Assembly: GCA_963665115.1 (NCBI GenBank)
Contig: OY762007.1
Location: 2,592,001 to 2,656,000, forward strand
Source of the DNA: an uncultured Rivularia sp.
GTDB lineage: Bacteria; Cyanobacteriota; Cyanobacteriia; Cyanobacteriales; Nostocaceae
Direction of reading: 5' to 3'
Length of the DNA: 64,000 nt
The notes beneath the pieces are model-generated. The model was not told the DNA's origin, searched no databases, and was given only the letters and a program-made list of their open reading frames with translations. Within the stretch, counting starts at the first letter, position 1. Every line of letters starts with the position of its first letter. Below are positions 1 through 10,881 of this stretch, piece by piece. The translations under genes were made by a program, and so were the position numbers.

Positions 1-167
1 TTTTAAATAAAATTTGAGTCAATGAAGATGAATATTATTAGCCCACACAGGTGGGCTTTGTTCATGTAGCCCCACTCTTCTGGAGTGAGGGATTAATTTC
101 GGCGTTACGCCCTTCGGGCGTTTAGCTTTGCTAATCGCCATCTTCATTATTTCTTCATCTGTCATAA

Positions 168-200
168 TTAGTTATTAGTTGTTAGTTGTTAGTTGTTAGC
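168..200. repeat. Heptamer tandem repeat (TTAGTTG/TTAGTTA)n
   Basis: ttagtta-ttagttg-ttagttg-ttagttg-ttagc read directly; STRR-like repeat typical of filamentous cyanobacteria. Confidence 0.7.
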
Positions 201-324
201 AATTATCAGCGATATATAAAGCATTTATACAAGTTTTTAATTTTAAGCGAAAGCTAATAAAGATTTGGGGACAAAATTCCGTTAAATTACGACTACAGAA
301 TCATACACCCAATTACCAATTACC

Positions 325-1725
325 ATGATAATAGACAGTTTCAGGGCTAAATTACGTAAGGAAGCGCAACTTTGGCGAGATGAAGGAATTATACAGGATT
401 CTGTGTACGAGCAATTATCCGAAAGATATCAATTTAATAGTTTAGATAGTGTTTCTCAAGACCGCTTTATTTTTATTTTGATTGGTGTTGGCTGTATACT
501 TGTTGGCTTAGGGGCAATTACTTTTGTTGCGGCTAATTGGCAATCATGGTCGCGTGAAGTAAAGTTAGTCTTATTATTAAGTCTATTTTTTGCCACAAAT
601 ATTGTTGGCTTTTTCTTGTGGAGAGAACCTGTATTTGATAATGCGGGAAAAAAAAGACGACAGCGCAAGCGAATATTCGGGCATGGTTTATTACTTTTAG
701 CGGCTTTACTTTTAGGCGCAAATATGGCGTTTATGGCGCAGACATTCCATCTCAGTGGCTCCAATTTTGAGTTGTATTTGTACTGGGGAATCGGCGTTTT
801 AGTAATGGCTTATAGCTTGCGCTTGGCTTCCCTGGGTGTATTTGCGTTCGTCTTAATTAACATTGGATACTGGACGGGAAGATGGGAATTATGGAGTAGT
901 TTTAATCAATTGTCTTTGACGCAAATGATGATACATTATATGCCGATTCTTTTCTTGGTATTGTTTGTTCCTTTAGCGTATATCTGTAAGTCGCGATGGA
1001 TTTTCGCATTATCTACAATCAGTTTTGCTACTTCATTACAATTAAATTTTAATAGATATTCAACAGCTTGGATTAGTTCTTTTGCTTTTGCACTTCCGCC
1101 AGCTTTGTTATGGAGTTATGATGATTTATTCTTCCCCAGAGTCAATCAAAGATGGTTTCAACCTGTTGCTCGTAATGTAGCGCTGCTGTTTTTGGGCATT
1201 TTATTTTATGTGCTTTCTTTCCGGGGGTATTGGAAATATTCTCATTATTCTTATAATAACAACTATTCAATACCCAATTTATTTTTACTCATAGATTTAG
1301 GAATTCTTACCGCTTTAGCTATCTATCAATGGTTTCATTTGCTGCGCCCAAACCGCAACCGTCAGCATCAAGGAATCGATATTACTAACATTGGAATTGC
1401 TATTTTTGTTATGATGGCGGGTTTTGCACCAATTTGGAATCAAAGCTTTGCTGGAATGTCGGTTTTAGCAATTTCCGTTTTCAACTTACTTTTAGCATTA
1501 TTAGCTTGCGGAATGATTCGTCAAGGATTGAACTCTAATCAAAGACGCGCATTTTGGGGGGGAATGATATTGTTAACGCTGCAAATCATTACCCGAATGC
1601 TGGAATATGACACCGCTTTATTATTCAAATCTTTAGTTTTCGTATTATGCGGTGTTGCAGTCATCGGTGCAGGATTATGGTTTGAACGCCATTTAAATCA
1701 ATTATCAATGAACAATGAACAATAA
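325..1725 (+). CDS. DUF2157-type multi-pass membrane protein
   Basis: 466 aa; N-terminal 'W..EGII' then 'GLGAITFVAANW' and 'GANMAFMAQTFH'; many TM segments; next to a GDYXXLXY gene, the usual partner. Confidence 0.8.
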   Translation: MIIDSFRAKLRKEAQLWRDEGIIQDSVYEQLSERYQFNSLDSVSQDRFIFILIGVGCILVGLGAITFVAANWQSWSREVKLVLLLSLFFATNIVGFFLWREPVFDNAGKKRRQRKRIFGHGLLLLAALLLGANMAFMAQTFHLSGSNFELYLYWGIGVLVMAYSLRLASLGVFAFVLINIGYWTGRWELWSSFNQLSLTQMMIHYMPILFLVLFVPLAYICKSRWIFALSTISFATSLQLNFNRYSTAWISSFAFALPPALLWSYDDLFFPRVNQRWFQPVARNVALLFLGILFYVLSFRGYWKYSHYSYNNNYSIPNLFLLIDLGILTALAIYQWFHLLRPNRNRQHQGIDITNIGIAIFVMMAGFAPIWNQSFAGMSVLAISVFNLLLALLACGMIRQGLNSNQRRAFWGGMILLTLQIITRMLEYDTALLFKSLVFVLCGVAVIGAGLWFERHLNQLSMNNEQ

Positions 1726-1733
1726 TTAAAAAC

Positions 1734-2360
1734 ATGAATTCTCAACCTTCTTCCGATTCTCAGCCAAATTCACCCTCAACTAATCAACCCGTACCAATTC
1801 TCAGGTTTTTAATACCCTTATTAATCCAAGCTGGGTTACTTTTCGCGATACCAGCGCAATCCGCTTACACTTATCTGACAGGTAAAACGGTGATTTTGCA
1901 AACTGTACCCGTAGATCCTTACAATATATTGACAGGTTACTACGTTACTTTGAATTATGACATTTCGACACAAAATACTTTAGAAAAACTCCCCGATAGC
2001 AAAAAGATATTAGAAGATGGGAATAGTTTTTATGTAATTCTTCAAGAACAAAAATCTATTGATGAAAAAATTCCTAAAGCTTGGAAACCAGTAGGGTTAA
2101 GTGCAAAACTTCCTGATTCGCTTCCTAATAATCAAGCCGCTTTAAAAGGTAAATATAGATATGGTTCTATAAAATATGGTTTAGAAAAATATAATATTCC
2201 AGAAGATCAACGCAATCAAATTAACAATAATATATCTCAAGCTAGCCGTAGCGCAACAGAAAGGGATAAACAACCTATCGTGGTAGAAGTCAAAATTGAC
2301 TCCCAAGGTAAAGCTGTTCCTATAAGTCTATGGGTGAAAGAACGTAATTATCGGTTTTGA
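1734..2360 (+). CDS. GDYXXLXY-domain membrane-anchored protein
   Basis: 'PVDPYNILTGYYVTLNY' motif, one N-terminal TM, 8 bp after the upstream gene. Confidence 0.8.
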   Translation: MNSQPSSDSQPNSPSTNQPVPILRFLIPLLIQAGLLFAIPAQSAYTYLTGKTVILQTVPVDPYNILTGYYVTLNYDISTQNTLEKLPDSKKILEDGNSFYVILQEQKSIDEKIPKAWKPVGLSAKLPDSLPNNQAALKGKYRYGSIKYGLEKYNIPEDQRNQINNNISQASRSATERDKQPIVVEVKIDSQGKAVPISLWVKERNYRF

Positions 2361-2587
2361 CCGCGAGCAGTTATGATTTATTTTTATAGAGCCATTTCGC
2401 AGTGCGTTAACGAAGTGTGTCCGTCAGGACATGCGTCTCGCTCGCTCGTCATAACCAGGGAGCGAGACGCTCCTACTTCCGGGTACCCATTACAATTCAT
2501 GTGGCGGAGTAGTAGTGTTAGCTTTTTATCGAAAATATTGATTTGAATGTAAACTTATAAATTTAAAACTACTCACCGTCAACTGAT

Positions 2588-2827
2588 TCAATCTTCGTGA
2601 CGTAATTGCCAAGCTGCACCGAAAGCCGCTCCGGCTCCTGCAAGCAAGCCAGTACTCATTCCCTGTATCGTTTTACTAACAGGATTTTGAATTAAACATT
2701 CACTCGTCACTTCAGTAGCTTTCAAACACATGGTGCTTTTAGCCCAGCTAGAGGTACCACCCAGCACCACACCAGCTACGCTACAGGAAACAACTAATAA
2801 TAAAAGGCGTTTAGTCTTTCTATCCAT
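2588..2827 (-). CDS. Small hypothetical membrane protein
   Basis: 79 aa, two hydrophobic segments flanking a Cys pair. Confidence 0.6.
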   Translation of the reverse strand: MDRKTKRLLLLVVSCSVAGVVLGGTSSWAKSTMCLKATEVTSECLIQNPVSKTIQGMSTGLLAGAGAAFGAAWQLRHED

Positions 2828-3332
2828 AGATAGGTTTTTTTTAATCTTAAGGAATAATTCTTCTATCCACTGTACATAAAAATTGATGCATTGTCAGGAT
2901 AGTTTGTATAAAATAATGCCTTTTTCTTGTTGTTTTTGCTTCAGATGAAAATATTTGCGATTGTAATTTGAACGGGACTCTTAACTGGGTACGTCTTCCC
3001 CGAGTGCATAAAAACTAAAAGCCACCCCCTAAATAGTAATATGCACCGAGATTAACGAACAGATTTTACGGTGTCAATATATACTAACTAGTGTGGTGAT
3101 AATGACTAATATTACTTTCGCTGAAAATCTTCAGTTTGATAATAAGAGCGGCGAATTGAAACTGGCTTGAGATTGTGACTGGAGCGCTACAAAATAGTTA
3201 TTTCTATCTCAGCAACTTCCGAAATCATGCAGAATATAACGAAAATTGTGTAATCTTCACTTATTAGTTTAAATTACATCAAGTTTGTAGGGTGCGTTAT
3301 TACTGAAGCAATAACGCACCTTATCGCGTATT

Positions 3333-4052
3333 TTAAATAAACCGCATTTTCGATTTAGTTAAAACCATTGTGGCTGCTAATCCGATAAATATAGTTACGG
3401 GTAAACCTGATTCAGGTACTCTCCTTCTGCGTTTTGGCTCATCTTTTTTCGCGTAGGTGTAGGAAACCATTACATTAGCACCTGCATAAGTTTCAAAACG
3501 AGCTGACAGATTACCCGCACCTGTAGCTGTTGAGTTACCTATAGCTTCAAGCAATAATTTAAAACTGCCATCGCCAACGAAAGGTGTAAAATCATCCGTG
3601 GTGGTGAAAAAAGTCGATTCTTTTTTGGTATTAGAAATTCCAGTTAATTTAACGCCCGAAGTACCATCAAAATCAAATGTTCCATCGTATGCGTCCAACT
3701 TTTGCTCAACAGATGCAGTGGGTAAAGCTACTAGTAATAGGGAATCATCAGGTTTTTTTAAACTTAAACTAATTTCTGCGGCAAGATTTCCAGTAACTAG
3801 TGCGGCATGAGCGTCTTCATTTTCTAAATTTATCGAACCTTGAACATCACCGCTCAATTCAAATAAAACACTTTCTAATTCGCCTAAACTGCTATCAAAT
3901 TTAGGTAAGGTTATTTGTTTTTTAAAGGTCGTTTTTTCTAAATCTACAGATTTTTGATAAGTCAGTGTAGTTGCTTGTACTGTATTTATCGGCGCTAATA
4001 TTGCAGCAAAAGCTGTCACCATAACTTTAGCTTTGGAAATGGATAGATGCAT
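3333..4052 (-). CDS. PEP-CTERM-type exported protein (choice-of-anchor E-like domain)
   Basis: Signal peptide ending VQA; 'LPKFDSSLGELESV'; C-terminal VPES + hydrophobic helix + basic tail. Confidence 0.75.
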   Translation of the reverse strand: MHLSISKAKVMVTAFAAILAPINTVQATTLTYQKSVDLEKTTFKKQITLPKFDSSLGELESVLFELSGDVQGSINLENEDAHAALVTGNLAAEISLSLKKPDDSLLLVALPTASVEQKLDAYDGTFDFDGTSGVKLTGISNTKKESTFFTTTDDFTPFVGDGSFKLLLEAIGNSTATGAGNLSARFETYAGANVMVSYTYAKKDEPKRRRRVPESGLPVTIFIGLAATMVLTKSKMRFI

Positions 4053-4364
4053 AATTATTTAACCTATATATTGTTTGCGTTTTTATGACTGTTTATTCAA
4101 CGCACCCGCTTACTCTAGAAAAGAGATTAATTTAGTTAAAAAAAATAAGCAATATTACTTAAGTATATTCATGAAATATTTACAAAAAAACTCCGGATAT
4201 ATCCAGATATATGTTTTTTATGTAAGTAAAAGCAAAAATAATATTATTAGTTAATTTCGTTGGTAAAAGCTTTATAAATCAACAGTTAATACTTTATAAA
4301 CTAGATTATTTTAAATGTATTGCTTGAATTGCTAAGTAGCTATGGTGTTTTTACTGATTTCTAA

Positions 4365-4679
4365 GTAGGTTGGGTTAGGCACACGAATAAATATAGTCAT
4401 TCCAATTAATTCCCGTAGTGCGAGCATCTTGCTCGCTCGGTACTAGCGAGCAAGATGCTCGCACTACAAATCAATCGGTTTCTATTTAGAATCGCTATAT
4501 AGCTTGTAACGAAAAATTATATTTGAGCCGTAACCCAACATTGGATTCTCGATGCGGAGAATAATCTTTGTACGCAATTGTGATGTTGGGTTACGACATG
4601 ATTAAAGTAGATTGTCGCTACGACAAAATTTGTTTATGTCCGGAGGACAAGCTTCGCTAACGTGTTTAACCCAACCTAC
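4365..4679. repeat. Composite nested palindromic repeat element (REP/MITE-like)
   Basis: Ends GTAGGTTGGGTTA...TAACCCAACCTAC; contains perfect hairpin GTAGTGCGAGCATCTTGCTCGCT...AGCGAGCAAGATGCTCGCACTAC (4415-4467); related copies at 42302-42434 and partial ones near 54355-54425, 55952-56022. Confidence 0.75.
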
Positions 4680-4719
4680 TAAATATATTTGATAATTGAT
4701 AATTGTTCATTGATTTGAT

Positions 4720-6549
4720 TTATTCAATTATCAAATTAAAAGGCAAGCGAGCATATACATCTGAAGGGTCATTCATGTTTTGTAAAGCTGCTATTTCTAC
4801 TTGTAATTTATCAAATTCAACTGTTAAAGGATGGTTTGCTTTAAGCGGGCTTTTGTTAACTTTAAAAACACTTTGAGTCTCTTCTGAAACCTTACCAAAA
4901 AATCTTTCGCTAAAGCTGCTGGCTCTGGGATACTCTTCCAATTGCCATTTATCTCCTAATTTTGCTTCTGTCGCAGCATATTCAATCGCAGCATCTAAAC
5001 CGCCGATTTCATCCACCAAACCAATATCTTTCGCAGCTTTACCAGACCAAACTCTTCCTTGAGCAATTTCTGCAACCTTTTTTTCTGGTAAATTTCTACC
5101 TTTGGCTACTTTATTTAAGAACTTACCATAAATTCTATTGACGCTACTTTGAAAAATCGCTAATTCTGCTTCAGATTGGGGACGAGTCGTAGTTCCAATA
5201 TCAGCATATTTTCCGGTTTTGACGCTATCCCAAGTAATACCGTTGTCGTTGGCTAATTTTTGGAAATTGGGTATGCTTCCAAATACACCAATCGAACCCG
5301 TAATGGTATTTGGTTCGGCAAAAATGCGGTTTGAATCTACAGCTATCCAGTAACCACCAGATGCCGCAGTATCTCCCATTGATACCACAACTGGTTTAAC
5401 ATCGCGAGTCAGTCTAACTTCTCGCTGAATTATTTCGGATGCGGTAGCGCTACCACCCCCAGAATTCACCCGCAAAACCACCGCTTTGACATCTTTATCT
5501 TGACGCAGACGACGGAAAATTTTAGCAAAGCGGGTTCCTCCTATTTGTCCTGATTCTCCATTACCGTTGACAATACCACCTTCGGCATAAACTATGGCTA
5601 TTTGATTTTGGGAATTTTTACTTATATTGTTATCGGCAATAGTCGCGTATTCATTTAAATCAATTTGTTTAAAAGATTTTTCTTTACTGTCAGTTTTGGT
5701 TAACTTTTTGAGTTCGGTTACTACTTCGTCAAAATAAACTACCTTATCTACCAAACGGTTGGTTTTAGCTTCATCAGCTTCCAAAATACCTTTACTATCG
5801 GCGATCGCCTGCAATTGTTGGGGAGTCATTTTGCGGCTTTTACCTACAGTACCGCGCCATTCAGACCATAAATCGTCCAATAATTTCTGAATTTGCTCGC
5901 GGTTTTCTGGACTCAATTGTTTCAAAATCAGCGGTTCAACTGCACCTTTAAACTTTCCTACTCGCACAATCTGTACGCCAACGCCAAACTTTTCTAAAGC
6001 TCCAGCCAAAAACATCGGTTGCGAACTCAAACCATTAATTTCCATAGCTCCGTAAGGATTAACCATAACGGTATCGGCTACCGAACTGAGATAATATTCT
6101 TTTTCACCCCATCCGACACCGTAAGCAACAACTTTTTTACCCGAATCGCGAAACTTCGAGAGTGCTTGACGAATTTCTTTGAGAGTTGCAAAACCCGTGC
6201 TTCCTGCTCCCGAAGCATCCCTTGCATCTAAATAAACCCCAACAATTTGCTTGTCAGTGCGGGCTTTTTCCAAAGCGTCCAAAACCGAACGTAGCGTCAT
6301 CTGCTTTTTATAATTACCCGAAAGTGCTTGCTGTAAAACCAAACTGGAATCGGGTTTCCCATCAGTAATTTGAGTTGATAAATCGAACACCAACATCGAA
6401 GAATCCTTTACTTTCGGTGTCGAATCCGTAGAAGAAGCAGCAGCAAAAATTAGCAAGAAAAATCCTACAGTACTTATACCTCCAAAAATAAATAGTCCTA
6501 ATAAACTTCCAATCAAACTCGCAAAAGTTTGTTTAATAAAATTACGCAT
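4720..6549 (-). CDS. sppA: Signal peptide peptidase SppA (protease IV, 67K type)
   Basis: N-terminal TM; 'GKFKGAVEP', 'LRVNSGGGSA', 'SMGDTAASGGYWIA', 'TITGSIGV', 'AQGRVWSG'. Confidence 0.95.
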   Translation of the reverse strand: MRNFIKQTFASLIGSLLGLFIFGGISTVGFFLLIFAAASSTDSTPKVKDSSMLVFDLSTQITDGKPDSSLVLQQALSGNYKKQMTLRSVLDALEKARTDKQIVGVYLDARDASGAGSTGFATLKEIRQALSKFRDSGKKVVAYGVGWGEKEYYLSSVADTVMVNPYGAMEINGLSSQPMFLAGALEKFGVGVQIVRVGKFKGAVEPLILKQLSPENREQIQKLLDDLWSEWRGTVGKSRKMTPQQLQAIADSKGILEADEAKTNRLVDKVVYFDEVVTELKKLTKTDSKEKSFKQIDLNEYATIADNNISKNSQNQIAIVYAEGGIVNGNGESGQIGGTRFAKIFRRLRQDKDVKAVVLRVNSGGGSATASEIIQREVRLTRDVKPVVVSMGDTAASGGYWIAVDSNRIFAEPNTITGSIGVFGSIPNFQKLANDNGITWDSVKTGKYADIGTTTRPQSEAELAIFQSSVNRIYGKFLNKVAKGRNLPEKKVAEIAQGRVWSGKAAKDIGLVDEIGGLDAAIEYAATEAKLGDKWQLEEYPRASSFSERFFGKVSEETQSVFKVNKSPLKANHPLTVEFDKLQVEIAALQNMNDPSDVYARLPFNLIIE

Positions 6550-6759
6550 ATTATCCCCGGTTCTACTAATAAGTATTTACACTTAACCTACTTATGACCT
6601 TTGTAGTTGCACTACCGCGCAACTACCCTTCTTGAAGTTATCCTTTGTATTTCACTTATATTTTATAAATCATCCTTATGTATTTACCTTATATTTCTAA
6701 TGTCCTCTAAAAATATTGTTCCTAACACCGAGAAAATGCTCAATAATTGAGATATAAAA

Positions 6760-7813
6760 TTATTCAACTGTTTTAAGTAAACTATCAGAATGTTGAAGTT
6801 GTTCTAGTGTAGCGTTACCAGTACAGAATAGTACGGTGCTAATTTCCGCAATTAAAACTTTTGCTAGATCGTAAAGTGTAGCCTCAGATGAAGTTGCAGC
6901 TTGTAAAAACGGCATTGCTAACCCGGCGATATCCGCACCTAACGCGATCGCCTTGGGCCACATCCCCACCATGACGCAAACCTCCCGAAGCAATCAAAGG
7001 AATATCGGGTGCAATGTTACGAATTCCGGTGATGCAGTCAGCCGTCGGTACGCCCCAATCGGCAAAGGTTCTACCCAAACGCCGCTGTAAAACATTATCA
7101 GCACGCTCGCTTTCCACCAAAGCCCAAGAAGTACCACCCGCACCAGCTACATCAATTGCAGCAACTCCTGCACCAATCAACTTATAAGCCATCTTCGCTG
7201 AGATTCCATTTCCAACTTCCTTAACAATTACTGGCACTGGTAATTTTTCGCATAAAGTTTCGATTTTGTCCAGCACACCCCGAAAATTAGTATCACCTTT
7301 GGGCTGAATGCATTCTTGTAGCGGGTTGAGATGCAAAATCAGCGCATCGGCTTCCAAAATGTCAACGACTCGCAGACATTCATCTAAACCGTAATTGTAA
7401 TTAAGTTGAATCGCACCCAAATTAGCAAACAATAATATATCGGGAGCATATTTACGAACTGCAAAAGTATCGGAAACATCTGGATTTTCTACCGCAACTC
7501 GTTGAGAGCCCACACCCATAGCCAACCGGTAATGTTGAGCAATTTTTGCTAAGCGATAATTAATAGTTTTAGCTTCTTGGGTTCCCCCAGTCATCGACGA
7601 AATTAATAACGGCGCATTCATAGGTTTCCCTAAAAATGTAGTACTAATATCAATTTCCGAGCGGTCAATTTCCGGTAAACAACAATGGTCAAAATGATAT
7701 CTTTCCAAACCATTAGTAGTTTGACGAAACTGAACATCTTCCTCTAGACAGATGCGGATGTGGTCAGCTTTGCGAGATTCGGTTGCGGCTGAATAATTTG
7801 TAGAAATCTTCAC
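6760..7813 (-). CDS. fni: Type 2 isopentenyl-diphosphate delta-isomerase (one extra base near 6955-6957 splits the ORF)
   Basis: 'RKADHIRIC', 'ISSMTGG', 'MGVGSQR', 'LHLNPLQE', 'VKEVGNG', 'AGAGGTSW'; removing one base restores '[11 protein letters not shown]'. Confidence 0.92.
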
Positions 7814-8047
7814 GGTGGAGACTGGGATTAAAGTTAACTGCTATTTTCTCAGTCTCTAGTATTTTGGGATTTTTTTGAGTTAAATAGGAACTTTTGATTA
7901 CTTTATTAACAATTCGCACAACTTTTTTGTATTTGGGAATTGGGGATTACTTGTAGGGTGTGTTACGGCTACGAGATATTTTCGCTCATAGGTAATAAAT
8001 TTGCGAATGCCGTGACTGGCTCGAATATTTTGCAGACGAAGAAGATA

Positions 8048-8084
8048 TATAATAGAAAATAGTCATAATGTACAAAATAGTCAT
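8048..8084 (+). promoter_or_regulatory. Candidate TA promoter/operator
   Basis: TATAAT at 8048-8053, direct repeats AAAATAGTCAT (8056-8066, 8074-8084) and a TGTACA palindrome (8069-8074) just upstream of the antitoxin. Confidence 0.5.
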
Positions 8085-8096
8085 TTTTTGATTTAT

Positions 8097-8360
8097 ATGC
8101 AAAATTACTCGCTTACAGATGCTCGAAATAAACATGGTGAGGTTTTTGATAAAGCCGCTGTTGAACCAGTTTTGTTAACAAAACAATCCCGTCCGAGTCA
8201 TGTAATCATGTCAGCAGAAACTTACCATAAATTAGTTGAGAGATTGGAAGAATTAGAAGATATGGTATTAGCTCAAGAAGCTAATGTTGCTCTTAGTAAT
8301 TCGGAAATGGTGGGGAGTAAAGCTTTTACAAATGCGTTAGAAAATTTAGCAAATGGCTAA
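8097..8360 (+). CDS. Phd/YefM-family antitoxin
   Basis: 'YSLTDARNKHGEVFDKAAVEPVLLTKQSRPSHVIMSAETY' Phd-like N-terminus; ATG at 8097 preferred over TTG 8088. Confidence 0.85.
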   Translation: MQNYSLTDARNKHGEVFDKAAVEPVLLTKQSRPSHVIMSAETYHKLVERLEELEDMVLAQEANVALSNSEMVGSKAFTNALENLANG

Positions 8361-8633
8361 ACTTGATGGTTTAGAAACCGTTCTTGATTTTTTAAACGGT
8401 TTGCAACCGAAAATTGCAGCACAGATTGCGAAAAAGTCTTGGCTTTAAATGTAAATCCTTTACCAACTGATAGTAAATCACTATCTGGTTACGAAAAATA
8501 TTATCGTGTTGATAGCGGTGAATATAGAATAGTTTACAGATTTTCACCTGATGAAGACTTAGTTGAAATCATTTTAGTTGGGAAACGAAACGATGATGAT
8601 GTATATAAACGATTGAAGCGTTTGTTGGGATAG
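8353..8633 (+). CDS. RelE/ParE-family toxin (one A missing in the A-run at 8431-8435)
   Basis: ATG overlaps antitoxin stop; MAKLDGLETVLDFLNGLQPKIAAQIAK then frame change to LALNVNPLP..SKSLSGY..YYRVDSGEYRIVY...VGKRNDDDVY, a RelE-like signature. Confidence 0.85.
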
Positions 8634-8861
8634 TTATAGTAATTATGCAATGGTTAAATAATTTATAAAATTGCATCTAAATCATGTTTAGAAGAAGAGA
8701 AAAAGTTAAGTAACGTAACGAGCGATCGCCACATCCACAAACACCGCAATCACTTACTCCGTGTTCCTCTGCGCTTACCTTAGCGTGACTCTGCGTTAAA
8801 GTTGAAAATTTATCTAATTCAAAATGTTACCTTAAATAATGTCTTTCGGTGATTTAACTAA

Positions 8862-10251
8862 ATGCTGCTAACCATCTCCACCACTCACCAACCAGCAACC
8901 GATTTGGGTTATCTTCTACACAAACACCCAAGTCGCTGTCAATCGTTTTCGCTTTCTTTTGGGGAAGCACACGTTTTCTACCCGGAAGCAAACAACGAAC
9001 AATGCACCGCAGCACTTTTATTAGATATCAATCCAGTAAAATTAGTTAGAAAAAGAACTTTGACGCTGGATGCTTATGTAAACGATCGCCCTTATGTGGC
9101 TTCTTCATTTTTCAGCGTGGCAATATCTCAAGTATTTGGTACTGCTTTAGGTGGGCGTTGCAAGGATAAACCGGAGTTAGTTGAAACTCCCATTCCGTTA
9201 GTAGCAAAAATATCGGTTTTACCTTGTCATGGGGGTGAACATTTTTTACGAGAATTGTTTGAACCTTTGGGTTATCAGGTAGCTTTGCAGAATTACCCTT
9301 TAGATGAAACTTTCCCGGAATGGGGAGAAAGTAAATATTTCACAGTTGAATTAGAAAATACCTTACCGCTTTCGCTTTTACTCAGCCATCTTTATGTTTT
9401 GATACCAGTTTTAGATAACAATAAACATTACTGGGTAGACGAAGAAGAAGTAGAAAAATTATTGCGTCACGGGGAAGGTTGGTTAAAGGAACATCCATTA
9501 AAAGAAGAGATTACCAAACGCTATTTAAAACGTCAGTATCGTTTGACTCGCTCTGCTTTAGCACAACTAACAGAACCCAGCGAAACCAGATCCAGATAGT
9601 GCTGAAGAAAATCATGATAAAGAAGAAGCAGCGGTAGAAAAACCATTAAGTTTAAATCAGCAGCGTTTGAATTCAGTAGTAGAAGTTTTAAAGAAAAATA
9701 ATGCCAAAAAAATCGTTGATTTAGGTTGCGGACAAGGTAATTTACTAAAAAAACTTTTAAAAGACAGTTATTTTGAAAAAATTACCGGGGTAGACGTTTC
9801 CTATCGCTCTTTAGAAATTACCAAAGAAAGATTAGACAGATTGCATTTACCACGCAACCAATGGGAAAAATTACAATTAATTCAAAGTGGTTTAACTTAT
9901 AGAGATAAACGGATTACCGGGTATGATGCAGCTGCGATAATTGAAGTAATAGAACATTTAGATTTACCCAGATTAAGCGCTTTTGAAAGAGTTTTATTTG
10001 AATTTGCCAAACCGCAAACCGTAATAGTTACCACACCAAACATTGAATATAACGTTAAATTTGAAAGCCTACCAGCGGGCACATTACGTCATAAAGATCA
10101 CCGTTTTGAATGGACAAGAGCAGAATTCCAAAAATGGGCAAAAGAAGTAGGAGAAAACTTTAGTTATAGCGTGGAATTTCAAAGTGTAGGTGAAGAAGAA
10201 TTAGAAGTAGGTTCCCCCACGCAAATGGCAGTTTTTTCAGTTATCAATTAA
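8862..10251 (+). CDS. hen1: Bacterial Hen1 RNA 3'-terminal 2'-O-methyltransferase (one extra base near 9576-9586)
   Basis: N-terminal 'PATDLGYLLHKHP', 'YVNDRPY'; MTase motifs 'DLGCGQG', 'EVIEH', 'TTPNIEYN', 'RHKDHRFEW'. Confidence 0.95.
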
Positions 10252-10263
10252 CAATTAAGGTTC

Positions 10264-10424
10264 GTAGTAAGGGCTTTAGCCCTCTTCATGCAACCAACGT
10301 TAATGATAATACATATAAATCGTGTAGAGACGTAGCAGTGCTACGTCTCCCCGTATTTTAAGTTGTATAGAGAATTTAATAAAATATATTACGCTCCCAG
10401 AAGAAGGGCTGAAGCCCTTACTAC
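10264..10424. repeat. Inverted-repeat element with a nested REP-like hairpin
   Basis: GTAGTAAGGGCTTTAGCCCT (10264) and its near-complement AGGGCTGAAGCCCTTACTAC (10405-10424) enclose GTAGAGACGTAGCAGTGCTACGTCTCC (10324-10350). Confidence 0.7.
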
Positions 10425-10431
10425 AAACAAA

Positions 10432-10881
10432 ATGCAAGCAATCATATTTATCGGTATCCAAGGAGCGGGTAAGTCAACTTTTTACCGCGAATACTTTGTT
10501 GATACCCATATCAGAATTAATCTTGATATGCTCAAAACACGTCATCGAGAAAAACTAATATTTGAAGCTTGTTTGTCAGCAAAACAGCGATTAGTTATAG
10601 ATAACACCAATCCAACTGTAGAAGATAGGAAACGGTATATTACACCAGCTAAAGCACAAGGTTTTCAAGTGTTAGCATATTATTTTAATTCAGAATTGGT
10701 CGATTGCAAACAACGCAACAGCCAACGCTCTGGCAAAAAAGTAATTCCCTTAGTAGGAATATTATCAACTTATAAAAAACTGGTTTTACCTAGTTACACC
10801 GAAGGATTTGATGCAATATACTCGGTAAAAACCCGTCCAGATTATTCATTTATTCTTGAGGAGTGGAACCGTGAAATTTGA
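10432..10881 (+). CDS. Stand-alone P-loop kinase (AAA_33 / polynucleotide-kinase-like)
   Basis: 'GIQGAGKST' Walker A, 'VIDNTN', 'RNSQR'; ATG at 10432, since the upstream ORF extension lies in a repeat. Confidence 0.85.
   Translation: MQAIIFIGIQGAGKSTFYREYFVDTHIRINLDMLKTRHREKLIFEACLSAKQRLVIDNTNPTVEDRKRYITPAKAQGFQVLAYYFNSELVDCKQRNSQRSGKKVIPLVGILSTYKKLVLPSYTEGFDAIYSVKTRPDYSFILEEWNREI

Noticed and set aside
3021..3097. Imperfect inverted repeat as an ncRNA or riboswitch
   Set aside because: No recognisable family motif; more likely a decayed repeat
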